From contig OZ241898.1 of assembly GCA_965203525.1 (NCBI GenBank), positions 4,185,621 to 4,249,620 of the forward strand: a DNA stretch of 64,000 bases, in the 5' to 3' direction. The stretch is from Vicinamibacterales bacterium. Lineage in GTDB: Bacteria; Acidobacteriota; Vicinamibacteria; Vicinamibacterales; UBA8438. Both the position numbers and the translations under genes were made by a program. Shown piece by piece: positions 44,252-54,246 of the stretch (position 1 is its first letter; the number at the start of each line of letters is the position of its first letter). The notes under the pieces are model-generated. The model did not search any database. It saw only the letters and a list, made by a program, of their open reading frames with translations, and had not been told where the DNA came from.

Positions 44252-45262
44252 ATGGCCCGCTCCGGTCTGCTGCTCGATCTCGTCCGCGCCGGCGCGCGCG
44301 GCGATCGGGCGCTGTTCCGCAAGTCGCTGGAAGCGCTCGTCGCGGAGGAGCGGGCCAAGCAGCACCACGTGTTGGCCGACCGCCTCGCGGCGCATCTTCA
44401 GCCTGACGGGGCGCGGCCGGCGGGCGGTATGCCGCCGGCCGCGCGACACAACGGGCCGGGCGCGACGCTGTACCACGAGGCCGCGCCGGAGCGGCGGTTG
44501 GATGATCTCGTGCTCCCCGACCCGGTGCTCGACGCCGGCCGGGAGCTGATCGAAGAGCACGGCCGCGCCGACCTGCTACGCGCCCACAATCTGGAACCGC
44601 GGCACCGCGTCCTGCTCACCGGCCCGCCCGGCAACGGCAAGACGTCGTTCGCGGAAGCGCTCGCGACGGAACTGGCGGTCCCGCTGCTCTCGGTCCGTTA
44701 CGAGTCGCTGATCGCCAGTTATCTCGGCGAGACCGCCGTCCGGTTCTCCCGCCTCTTCGACCAGGTGCGGACGCGCCGATGCGTGCTGTTCTTCGACGAA
44801 TTCGACGTGGTCGGCAAGGAGCGCGGCGACCTGCACGAGACGGGCGAGATCAAGCGGGTCGTCAGTTCGCTTCTCTTGCAGATCGACACGCTGCCGAGCT
44901 ACGTCGTCGCCGTCTCGGCGACGAACCATCCGGAACTGCTCGACCGCGCGGTGTGGCGCCGCTTCCAGCTTCGGCTGGCGCTGCCTGCCCCGACGCCGGC
45001 GCTCGCGCGGGAGTGGCTCTGCCGTTTCGAGCGACGGCTCGGGGCGAAGCTGGTTCCCGCCCCGTCCACACTGGCCAGGCGTCTCCGCGGCCTGAGTTTC
45101 GCGGAGCTGGAGCAGTTCGGGCTCGACGTGCAACGGCATCACGTATTGAGCCTGCCCGACGGCGACGTGCGAGCCATCGTCGCCGCGCGGTTGAGGCAGT
45201 GGCGGAAGCGCGTGCCGCCGACTGGCGGCGGCGCGACCGCACCCACGAACGGCGATGCCTGA
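44252..45262 (+). CDS. Classic AAA ATPase (IetA-like partner of an S8 protease)
   Basis: Track ORF of 336 aa. Walker A is GPPGNGKTS and Walker B is VLFFDEFD, with SATNHPELLDRAVWRRF (sensor and Arg finger region). The stop overlaps the next ATG (ATGCCTGA). Confidence 0.8.
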   Translation: MARSGLLLDLVRAGARGDRALFRKSLEALVAEERAKQHHVLADRLAAHLQPDGARPAGGMPPAARHNGPGATLYHEAAPERRLDDLVLPDPVLDAGRELIEEHGRADLLRAHNLEPRHRVLLTGPPGNGKTSFAEALATELAVPLLSVRYESLIASYLGETAVRFSRLFDQVRTRRCVLFFDEFDVVGKERGDLHETGEIKRVVSSLLLQIDTLPSYVVAVSATNHPELLDRAVWRRFQLRLALPAPTPALAREWLCRFERRLGAKLVPAPSTLARRLRGLSFAELEQFGLDVQRHHVLSLPDGDVRAIVAARLRQWRKRVPPTGGGATAPTNGDA

Positions 45263-47860
45263 ACGTCCGCTGTTGATCCTGCCGCATCCCGGTGAACCGC
45301 TCGCTCGCCGCAGGCGATTCGGCGGAGGAGGTGCTCCTCACTTTCCGAGCCATGAGCGACAGGTGGAGCGGCTGGATCCGAAGTTCGACGCCCTTCGGCA
45401 AGCGATGGAGGCGCGCCGCTTGCGGCTGCAGGCCGAGTCGCACGACCTCGTTCCCGAAGAAGTCGTCGTCCTGGAGACCATCGGGACGGTCGAGAACTTC
45501 GTCCGCGCCGTGAAGAAGGTCCCCGGCATGGAATGGCTGGCGGAGATCGACGAGACCGACGTCCCGCCCGACGAGGACTTCTTCGAAACCACCACGAATG
45601 GCGAGCGGCGTCCGGACAAGACGCTTCGCGGGCGTCTGTTCATGGTGTTCACGAACCAGGACGCCTTGCGGCAAATGCTGTCGCTACGAGACGCATGGCG
45701 AAAGGACGGGAAATTACCACCCGGCCATGCCACATGGAGAACGGTCTTCAATCAACTGTATGACGTGCGGGTATGGGGAGTACGGGATCGCCTGCATCAA
45801 ACGGGCGTGCTTGACGATTGGCACGAGCGCGTGAAGCGCGGCGAGGAGATCGTTCCCTGCGAGATCGAGTTGTGGCATCGGGGAACGCCCGAGCAGCGTC
45901 GGAACGCTCGAGATCGTGTCGTTGGACTCGTCGCCGGCCAGGGGGGACAGATCGTTGCCGAAGCGGCGGTTCAAGAGATCGCGTATCACGCGTTTCTGGC
46001 TCGGCTGCCGGCGGCGTCCATCGGTCCTTTGTTCGAAGGGAATGACGGCGACGTCGCGTTGGTCCAATGCGAACAGGTTCAGTTCTTCCGCGCCAGCGGG
46101 CAGATGGCGACGACTCTGTCCGACGCCGGGACGCAAGAAGACGGTGCGTCGCTTCCGGACCAACCCGCGGTCGGCGCGCCGGTGATCGCTTGTTCGACGG
46201 ACTGCCTCTGCAGGCGCATCGGCGGCTTCAGGAACGCCTGATCGTTGACGATCCCGACGACTTCGCGGAAGACTACCCTGCCACGCGGCGGCGTCACGGA
46301 ACCGCGATGGCCTCGCTGATTCTGCACGGCGATCTGGCTGCCCGCGAAGCACCGTTGGCGCGACCTTTGTACGTCCGTCCGATTCTCTGCCCTGATCCGA
46401 GGGACTTGCAGAACAAGAACGAGACGGTGAGTGAAGACACGCTCGTTGTCGATCTGCTGCATCGAGCAGTCCGGCGGCTGTTCGAAGGCGAAGGCGGCGA
46501 ATAGGCGGCGGCCCCGGACGTTGTTGTAATCAACTTGTCGGTCGGCATCCGCGACCGCCCGTTCGATCAGGCGCTCAGTCCGCTCGCCCGGCTGCTCGAC
46601 TGGCTCGCATGGCACTACAAGGTGCTGTTCGTCGTCAGCGCCGGCAATTACACGCAACGGATCGAGCTGCCTGTACAGACACAGGATTTCCTGTCGGTAC
46701 CCGTCGAGGAATTACAGCGTCACGTGATCCGCGCGGTAACGTCCGACGCGCGCCATCGGCGGTTGCTTTCTCCGGCGGAGTCCGTGAACGGGCTGACCGT
46801 GGCCGCGGCGCATCATGACGCCTCGACCGGGACTCCGCCGCCCAGATGGCTCGATCCGTATCGCGAAACCGAACTGCCCAGCCCGATCAACGCACAAGGC
46901 ATGGGATTCCGACGGGCGATCAAGCCGGACTTGCTCGCCAGCGGGGGCCGTGCCGTCGTTCAACCGCCCTTGGAAGCGACGCAGGACGCCCCGACAAGTC
47001 TGAAGGTGTACGAGGGAACGCTTTCGCCGGGACAACTCGTCGCGGCGCCCGGCGCGACGCCCGGCGATCAGACGGCCGCCCTCCATACGCGAGGCACGAG
47101 CGGCGCCACGGCGCTCGTCAGCCGCGCCGCCGGGTCGCTCTACGACGTGCTGGACGAGCTGCGCCAGGATCCGGGCGGCGAAATGATTGACGCCGTGCCG
47201 CGGGCCGTCTGGCTCAAGGCGCTGGTCGTCCACGGCACAGATTGGGAGCCGGCCGGCAAGACGATCACGGCTGTGCTCCGCGATGATCACGGCGGCCGTC
47301 GAGTCAGGGAGCACGTGACCCGGCTGTTGGGCTACGGCGTCGTGAACGTCGCCCGCGTGCGGGAGTGCACGGCCAGCCGGGTGACGGTGCTCGGCGGAGG
47401 ATTGCTGCGAGAGGAACAGTCCCACGTCCATCGCATTCCGCTGCCGCCGTCGTTGAGCGGCTGGCGCGGCCACCGCCGGCTGACCATCAGCCTTGCGTGG
47501 ACGTCCCCCGTGAACCCACGCCATCGGAACTGGCGGCGCGCCCAGCTCTGGTTCTCGCCACCGATGACGGAATTGGGCGTCAAGTGGAAACAGGCGGACC
47601 CGCGAGCGGTTCAGCGCGGCACGGTGCAACACGAGGTACTGGAAGGCGAAAGATCGGGCGAGTTCGTGACCGGCTCGAATCTGGAGATCCAGGTGAGTTG
47701 CCGGGCCGACGCTGGCGCGTTGGAGGACGAGGTTCCGTACGCGCTCGTCACGACCATCGAAGTGACGAGCGATCTCTGGGTCTCCAACATCTACGACGAA
47801 GTGCGCGCGGCGATACAGATCGCGCACGTGCCCGTCGCGTCACCCGGCGGCATTCCCTGA
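45255..47860 (+). pseudogene. S8 (subtilisin-like) peptidase with long N-terminal domain (IetS-like), disrupted by a frameshift and an in-frame TAG
   Basis: Three track ORFs in series (45255..46241, 46067..46504, 46535..47860). A frame change near 46188-46192 falls just before the catalytic Asp (PVIA/LFDGLP). TAG at 46502-46504 lies between ..EGEGGE and AAAPDVVVINLSVG. His (HGTAMASL), SAGN and Ser (GTSGATA) are all present. Confidence 0.75.
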
Positions 47861-47962
47861 CGTGCGCCACCGTCGTCGCGCAGGAACCTCCCGGCGCAGC
47901 TACGTTCCCTTCCCTTCGACGGCAACCGGCGGCAACCGCGGCCACTGCTATAGTGACCACTG

Positions 47963-48880
47963 ATGAGCAGCAGCGCATGCGGCCGGGCGGCAAACGGCGG
48001 CGCGGCCGACGACCGGCGCTGGACGGTGGTGAACGGCCGGCCGGACGAGAGACAGCTCGCGGCCGTCGTCGAGCACGTCGTCAACGGCGTCCAGCCGGAA
48101 CGCATCATCGTCTTCGGCTCGGCGGCCCGCGCCACGATGACCCCGGAAAGCGATCTGGATCTCCTGATCGTGAAGGACATGGAGGACCTGGGCCAGCTCG
48201 CAACCCGGACGCGAAGCAGCCTGCCGAGCGTCCACCCGCCTGTCGACGTCGTGGCGGCGACCGGGGAACTGCTCGACGAACATCGGGACAGCCCCGGCTG
48301 GGTGTACCGGCCGGCCGTCGAGGAGGGCCTTGTCGTATACGACAGAGCGCGTCCCCTGCACGGGCGCACGCGGCGCGCCATCGACACCCTTCCGGTACGC
48401 AACGACTCGCCGGCGCAAGCGATGGTCAAGAAAATCCGATACGACGAGGAAGAAGCCCGGGGCTGGCTGGAAAACGCGGAAGCCGCCATGTCGGTGGTCG
48501 ACGCCGAAAGCGGCGCGATTCATCCGACCGCCCGCTGCATCAGCGCGCAGGCGGCCGCGGAAAAGGCGCTGAAGGCCCTGCTGACGGCCCACGGCCGGGC
48601 GATTCCTTTCCGGCACGATCTCGTCGACCTCGGAACGGAAGTCCGCAAGGCGGGTGAGAACCTGCCGGACATGGTGACCATCCCGAAGCTCCAGGACCTG
48701 TCGGAGTACGGCGGACCGGCGCAGTATCCGCGTTGGCGGGGAAGAACGACGGCCCGCCGGCTCCGGGAGTCGTGCGACACCGCCCGCGCACTGACCGGCC
48801 ACGCCCGCCGGCGCGTGCCCGAAATCCTGGAGAGCCGGCGCAGGCAACCGACTCGGCAAGACCCGGCTGCCAAAGGCTGA
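47963..48880 (+). CDS. Fused nucleotidyltransferase (MNT) - HEPN domain protein
   Basis: Track ORF of 305 aa. The NT motif is FGSAARATMTPESDLDLLIV. The C-terminal HEPN-like helices are AAEKALKALLTAHGRAIPFRHDLVDL. A clean Rx4-6H motif is not evident. Confidence 0.7.
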   Translation: MSSSACGRAANGGAADDRRWTVVNGRPDERQLAAVVEHVVNGVQPERIIVFGSAARATMTPESDLDLLIVKDMEDLGQLATRTRSSLPSVHPPVDVVAATGELLDEHRDSPGWVYRPAVEEGLVVYDRARPLHGRTRRAIDTLPVRNDSPAQAMVKKIRYDEEEARGWLENAEAAMSVVDAESGAIHPTARCISAQAAAEKALKALLTAHGRAIPFRHDLVDLGTEVRKAGENLPDMVTIPKLQDLSEYGGPAQYPRWRGRTTARRLRESCDTARALTGHARRRVPEILESRRRQPTRQDPAAKG

Positions 48881-50383
48881 GACGGCGCTCGAACACGAAC
48901 GTCGGGAGCATGCGGCCGAACGCCGCGGGCGCGCCGCGGCCGAAGCGCGGTCCGGCCGGCGAATCCTGCCGGGATTGCCCCGACTGACGGGTCCTGACGA
49001 TCCCACCGTGCTATACTGAACCTGTGTTGCGGCAGCCCTGCGGTCGTCCGGCCAGTGTTGAACGTGACCATGCAGGTGGGCGCCGGGCCGTCGTCGCTCT
49101 GGTTGCCGGCCCGTATGTCCGCGCGGGCGCGCACGGCGCGGTATTCAACCGTGATGGAGGCGGAACGTGAAAAAAGCATACAGATGGGGCGATTACTTCG
49201 AGCGCGTGCGGGGCCTCCCTCGCGAGGAAATCAAAAAGGAGCTGGATTTCAAGATCAAGACCGAACAAGGTCTCAAAGCGGTGCGTAGCGCGGTGCTGGC
49301 CGACGCCGAAAACAGCGGTTGGGTCGACCTTCTGCGAAAAAACCCCCTCCACGGGCATCTCAACGATCTCTGCAACTGGAGGCGATTGGGCCCCCTGTTG
49401 TCATGGATTGAGAAAGACCGAACAGGAGCGCGGGATGCGTTACGACGCCTCTGGGCCGATGACAACGGAACCGCAACGACGAACGCTTCCACGGAGGAAA
49501 TGTTCGAACGGATTCGCGTCTTCGCGGACGGGCTTCATCAGGAGATCCGCGGTCCCGGAGGGCGCATGACGGTGATTTCCGTTCTGCTGATGGCGCGGGG
49601 TGCGGAGCGACATCCGCCGTTCGGGACGAGGGTATTCGATAAGACGTACAAGGAAATCGGTTATGGTCCCTTGCCGCGCAAGAGGACGGAGGCCGAACTG
49701 TACAAGTGCGCACTGGGGTTCATCGATCGACTCATCAAAGAAACCGAGATGCGCGGGCTCGACCTGCCGACGAACCGCCTGGAAGCGCAGTCGGTGGTCT
49801 GGAGGGTGGCGTTGCAGTGGCGGCAGGAAAGAAATAAGAAAAACAAGGACCGAAACGGTCCCTGACGCGCGCCTGATCTGAAGCCTGCGCCCGATCTGCA
49901 AGGACTCGCTGACGAACTGCCCTTCGACGCCCGATTCCTCCGGGAAGTCGAGAAGCTGCTCGACGACAAGTGCCCAGGTGATCTTCCAGGGGCCGCCCGG
50001 CACGGGCAAGACGTTCACCGCGCGGAATCAACCGGGGCAAACTCGCCAAGGTGTTCGACGAGCTCTACTTCTTCCTGCTGGAGTACCGCGACGAGAAGCG
50101 GGACTGGCGGTCCGGTCCTGTTGAACGGCTGCTCGCGGCCACCGGGTCCACGCTCCTGCGCGGCCTGACGGTCGTCGGCACGTCGCGGAGCCGGTCCGCG
50201 ACCGCCAGCTCGAGCGGTTGCGCACCGCGTCCGGGAACCCGAGACGGCGCTTGAACGCGAACGCCGGAAACATGCGGCCGAACGCCGCGGGCGCGCCGAG
50301 GCCGAAGCGCGGCCCGGCCGGCGAATTCTGCCGTGATTGCTCCGACTGACGGGTTCTGACGATCCGGCCGTGCTATCCTGAAC
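48880..50383. repeat. Direct repeat of the mcrB upstream/5' unit (period 1361 bp)
   Basis: 48880-49022 is nearly identical to 50241-50383. The RBS and start region is also shared (ggaggcggaacgtg at about 49156 and 50489). Confidence 0.85.
49167..50110 (+). pseudogene. Decayed paralogous mcrB copy: intact divergent N-terminal domain ORF (232 aa) followed by frameshifted and deleted GTPase fragments
   Basis: Track ORF 49167..49865 aligns with the N-terminal 220 aa of McrB at 50500 (roughly 40-45% identity by eye). Downstream, 49941-50015 matches the Walker A region with one extra base, and 50028-50100 matches INRGNLAKVFGELYFLLEYRDE after about 215 bp missing. Confidence 0.7.
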
Positions 50384-50499
50384 CCGCACGATGGCAGCCC
50401 GCGCCTGGAACCAGCGCCGGGGCGGCAAGGGCCGGCTCGGCATGGCGCGTGCACGGCATGGCATTCACCCCCGGCATTCAACCGGGATGGAGGCGGAAC

Positions 50500-52023
50500 G
50501 TGGAAGAAGCGTACAGATGGGACGACTACTTCAAGCGCGTGCGGCTGTATCTCGACAGCGGCCGCCTCGACCGGGAAGAACTGGCTCCCAAACGCGCATT
50601 GGAACGGGTTCTCGGAGAGATGCGCGACGCGGTGCTCGCCGGAAAAAGCGACTGGGCCGACGTCATGAAGAAGAAGGACTTCCGTCTCTACTTCCACATA
50701 TTTGCTGGCGCGTTCGATGCGGGCCGCGTGCGGAAGTGGTTCCAGGAAGACCCGAAATCGCAGGATGCGTTGTGCCAGTTGTGGGCCGCTGGCGACCAAC
50801 CGCGAGGAACGGACGGTTCCATGGAGGAAACGATCGATCGGATTCGCGCCTTCGCGACCCGGATGTGCGTGAATCTCAAGGGCGCTGGAACCCGGATGCG
50901 GCCGATTTCCGTTCTGCTGATGGCGCTGGGCGCGGAGCGACATCCGCCGTTCAAGACGACGGAGTTCAAGACGACGTACGAGGACATCCGTTATCCCTTC
51001 CCTCGCAAAGGGGCGGACGAAGCCGATCTGTACAAGCACGCATTGGAGTTTCTCGATCGATTCATCGAGGAAGCAAAGGCGCGCGGGTTCGAGTGTCCGA
51101 GCAACCGCCTGGAAGCGCAGTCGGTGGTCTGGGGGGTGGCGAAGCAGTCCGGTCTGCAAAGACTCGCCGCCAAACTGCTCTTCGACGCCGGGTTCCTCCC
51201 GGAAGTCGAGAAGCTGCTCGACGACAAGCGCCAAGTCATCTTCCAGGGGCCGCCCGGCACCGGCAAGACGTTCGTCGCGCGGGAGCTGGCGGCCTGCCTC
51301 GCGGGGTCGCCGAAACGCGTCCGGATCGTCCAGTTCCATCCGTCCTTCGCCTACGAGGATTTCGTCCAGGGGTACCGCCCGACGCTGGAGGCAGGTCAGC
51401 CGGGCTTCGAGCTCCGGAACGGGCCGCTGCTCGAAGCGGCGGAGCGGGCGCGGGACGAGCCCGACGCCAAGCACTTCCTGATCATCGACGAAATCAACCG
51501 GGGCAACCTCGCCAAGGTGTTCGGCGAGCTCTACTTCCTGCTGGAGTACCGCGACGAGGAGATGCGCCTTCAGTACTCCGACAAGCCGTTCTCCCTGCCC
51601 GGCAACCTGCACGTCGTCGGCACGATGAACACCGCCGACCGCTCCATCGCGCTGGTGGACCTGGCGCTGCGCCGGCGGTTCCACTTCGTGGAGTTCCACC
51701 CCGACCAGCCGCCCGTCCAAGGACTGCTCAAACGCTGGCTGGAGAAGAACGCACCCGACATGACGTGGGTCGCGGACGTCGTCGACCGGGCCAACGCCAA
51801 GCTGGACGACCGGCAGGCGGCCGTCGGGCCGAGCTACTTCATGAAACCGGACCTGGACGACGAGACCGTCCGCCTGATCTGGAAGCACAACGTGCTCCCC
51901 TACCTCGAAGAGCGCCTGGCCGGGGAACACGACCGCCTCCGCGATTTCGACCTCGACAGTCTCCGCCGCGCGGCGGAGGAGAAGCAGGAGGACGGCCCCG
52001 GCTCGGACGATGCGGACCGTTGA
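50500..52023 (+). CDS. mcrB: McrB-family GTPase (AAA+ 5-methylcytosine-restriction-like) with non-canonical N-terminal domain
   Basis: GTG 50500 is preceded by GGAGG; the track ORF starts at 50449. Motifs are FQGPPGTGKTF, FLIIDEINRGNLAKVFGELYFLLEYR, GTMNTADRS and LRRRFHFVEF. Confidence 0.85.
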   Translation: MEEAYRWDDYFKRVRLYLDSGRLDREELAPKRALERVLGEMRDAVLAGKSDWADVMKKKDFRLYFHIFAGAFDAGRVRKWFQEDPKSQDALCQLWAAGDQPRGTDGSMEETIDRIRAFATRMCVNLKGAGTRMRPISVLLMALGAERHPPFKTTEFKTTYEDIRYPFPRKGADEADLYKHALEFLDRFIEEAKARGFECPSNRLEAQSVVWGVAKQSGLQRLAAKLLFDAGFLPEVEKLLDDKRQVIFQGPPGTGKTFVARELAACLAGSPKRVRIVQFHPSFAYEDFVQGYRPTLEAGQPGFELRNGPLLEAAERARDEPDAKHFLIIDEINRGNLAKVFGELYFLLEYRDEEMRLQYSDKPFSLPGNLHVVGTMNTADRSIALVDLALRRRFHFVEFHPDQPPVQGLLKRWLEKNAPDMTWVADVVDRANAKLDDRQAAVGPSYFMKPDLDDETVRLIWKHNVLPYLEERLAGEHDRLRDFDLDSLRRAAEEKQEDGPGSDDADR

Positions 52024-53350
52024 TCTGCGGGAGCACGAACCCAGCGGTCCGTGGCGCCTCTCGCTGCAGGAGCGCGCCGCGCTGCGACGCGTCCTGCCGT
52101 CGGTCGCCGTCGAACCGGCGGACGGCGCGGAGGGCGAATATCACCTGAAGCCCGGCTCCACGATCGGCGCGGTCGAGGTCGGCGGTCTGTCGGTGTCGAT
52201 CCGCCCCAAGCTGGAGATCGCCCGGGTGCTCTTCCTCGCCGGCTACGCGATGGAGGCGTTCGAGGTCCGGGAGCGGGAGCGCTTCGAGTTCCCGGAGGCG
52301 GCGACGCCGGTCGAGGCGCTGGCGCCGGCGCTCGCCGCCGCCGCCCGCCGGGCGTTCGTCGGAGGACTGCTCCACGGCTACCGCACCGAGGAAGAGGCGT
52401 TGCGCACCGTCCGCGGGCGCATCCGCATCGACGATCAGCTCCGGCGCCGGTTCGGCGCGGCGGTTCCCGTCGAAGTCCGCTACGACGAGTTCACCGACGA
52501 CGTCACCGCCAACCGTCTGGTGAAGGCGGCGGCCGTCCGGCTCGGCCGGATGCGGCTGCGGGAGCGCCGTTCCCGCGACGGCCTGCGCTGGATCGGCGCG
52601 CGGCTGGAGAACGTGTCGCTCGTCGAGTACCCGCCCGCCGGCGTGCCCGACGTCGCGTTCGACCGGCTGAACGGGCACTACCGCGAGGTGGTGGCGCTGG
52701 CGCGGCTCGTCCTGCGGCACTCGTCGTTCGAGACCGGCCGCGGGAACCTGCGGGCGGCGGGCTTTCTGATGGACATGAACAGGGTGTTCCAGGGCTTCGT
52801 CACGCGCGCGCTCCGGGAGGCGTTGCGGGTCTCCGAGCGCGTGTTCCGCGGCGACGACCGCGTCGGCCGCGTCCACCTCGACGAAGCCGGGCGCGTCCGG
52901 CTGCTGCCCGACCTTTCCTGGTGGGACGGGACGGACTGCGCGTTCGTCGGCGACGTCAAGTACAAACGGGCCGACGGCGGCGTTCCCAACGCGGACCTCT
53001 ATCAGCTTCTCGCATACGCCACGGCGCTCGACCTGCCGGGCGGGTTGCTGATCTACGCGCAGGGCGAAGCGGAGCCGGTGACGCACGCGGTGCGTCACGC
53101 GGGCAAGCGGCTGGAGGTCCGCGCGCTCGACCTGTCGGGATCGAGAGAAGATCTGCTCGCCCGCATCGAAGAACTGGCGGGGCGCGTACGGGCCTTGCGG
53201 ACGGAGTCGCGAGCCTTCCGCCGCGCGCTGCGCGAGCGGCGAACCGGCGGCGGGGGGCGACAAAGTCGTGATCGAATGCAAGGGGTTGCGCAAGAGCCTG
53301 GAGCGCGCCCGCGCGTCACGAGCCTCCGCCCAGCTCCTCCACCAGCGTGA
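52010..53350 (+). CDS. mcrC: McrC-family PD-(D/E)xK nuclease subunit
   Basis: Track ORF of 446 aa whose ATG overlaps the mcrB end by 14 nt. Carries the nuclease core PDLSWW..FVGDVKYK..LYQLLAYA. Confidence 0.8.
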   Translation: MRTVDLREHEPSGPWRLSLQERAALRRVLPSVAVEPADGAEGEYHLKPGSTIGAVEVGGLSVSIRPKLEIARVLFLAGYAMEAFEVRERERFEFPEAATPVEALAPALAAAARRAFVGGLLHGYRTEEEALRTVRGRIRIDDQLRRRFGAAVPVEVRYDEFTDDVTANRLVKAAAVRLGRMRLRERRSRDGLRWIGARLENVSLVEYPPAGVPDVAFDRLNGHYREVVALARLVLRHSSFETGRGNLRAAGFLMDMNRVFQGFVTRALREALRVSERVFRGDDRVGRVHLDEAGRVRLLPDLSWWDGTDCAFVGDVKYKRADGGVPNADLYQLLAYATALDLPGGLLIYAQGEAEPVTHAVRHAGKRLEVRALDLSGSREDLLARIEELAGRVRALRTESRAFRRALRERRTGGGGRQSRDRMQGVAQEPGARPRVTSLRPAPPPA

Positions 53351-54191
53351 TCAGCGCCGACAGGTCGTCCCGCCCCCGGCCCCGGCCGTGCAGGCCGTTG
53401 ATGCACTGCATGGTGACCGCGCCGGCCGGCAGCGCGACGCCGAGGTCGTGCGCCAGGCGCAGCACGACGTCCAGGTCCTTGTGGTACAGCCGGCTCTCGA
53501 TGCCGGCGTCGAAGTCGCGCCGCGCCATGCGGCCCCCGAAGAAGTCGAGGACCCGGCTCGACGCCATCCCCTGCAGCATCGCTTCGCGGACCTGCCCGGC
53601 GTCGAGGCCGGCGCGCCGGGCCAGGGTCAGCGCCTCGGCCACCCCCTGCGCGGTCACCAGCAGCAGGAGCTGGTGGCAGGCCTTCGTCGCCTGTCCGGCG
53701 CCGTGCCCGCCCATGCGCAGCACCTTCGCGCCGACGCACGCCAGCAGCGGCCGGACCCGTTCCAGCACGTCGGCCCGGCCGCCGACCATGATCGACAGAG
53801 TGGCGTCGCGGGCGCCGTGGGGACCGCCCGACACCGGCGCGTCGAGCATGTCGACGCCGCGTTCGGCCAGCCGGGCGGCGATCGCGCGGGTGGCGGCCGG
53901 GTCGATGGTGCTGGTGTCGACGACCACGGTCCCCGGGCGGGCGCCGTGCGCGACGCCGCCGTCGCCGAGCAGGACCTGCTCGACGTCGCCGGTTGCGGTC
54001 AGCATGGTGAAGACCACGTCGCAGTCGGCGGCCAGCGCCGCCGGCGTCGCCGCGGACGATGCGCCCCGCTCGACCAGCGGCTCGAGCGACGCCGGCCGCC
54101 GCGCGAAGACCGTCAGCGCATGCCGCGCCCGCAGCAGGTTGAGCGCCATCGGGCGCCCCATCGCGCCCAGACCGATGAATCCGACTCGCAT
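53316..54191 (-). CDS. NAD(P)-dependent 3-hydroxyisobutyrate/2-hydroxy-3-oxopropionate reductase family dehydrogenase
   Basis: Starts MRVGFIGLGAMGRPMALNL (Rossmann fold) at ATG 54191, preceded by GAGGAGG. Contains DAPVSGG and a conserved Lys region (GAGQATKACHQ). Confidence 0.85.
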   Translation of the reverse strand: MRVGFIGLGAMGRPMALNLLRARHALTVFARRPASLEPLVERGASSAATPAALAADCDVVFTMLTATGDVEQVLLGDGGVAHGARPGTVVVDTSTIDPAATRAIAARLAERGVDMLDAPVSGGPHGARDATLSIMVGGRADVLERVRPLLACVGAKVLRMGGHGAGQATKACHQLLLLVTAQGVAEALTLARRAGLDAGQVREAMLQGMASSRVLDFFGGRMARRDFDAGIESRLYHKDLDVVLRLAHDLGVALPAGAVTMQCINGLHGRGRGRDDLSALITLVEELGGGS

Positions 54192-54246
54192 GCCGACCTC
54201 CTCCCGATCGCGGCGGCGCCGGCCGGCGCCGCGTGCCGAGCGTACA

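Noticed and set aside
46502-46504. In-frame TAG in the S8 protease gene read as programmed readthrough or pyrrolysine.
   Set aside because: No pyl genes or recoding signals are visible, and the same gene also carries an independent frameshift. The simplest reading is a pseudogene or a sequencing error.
33098-53350. Direct att repeats delimiting the island at its two outer borders.
   Set aside because: I could not find a shared direct repeat between about 33100-33250 and about 53300-53400 by eye. The island borders therefore remain inferred from gene content only.
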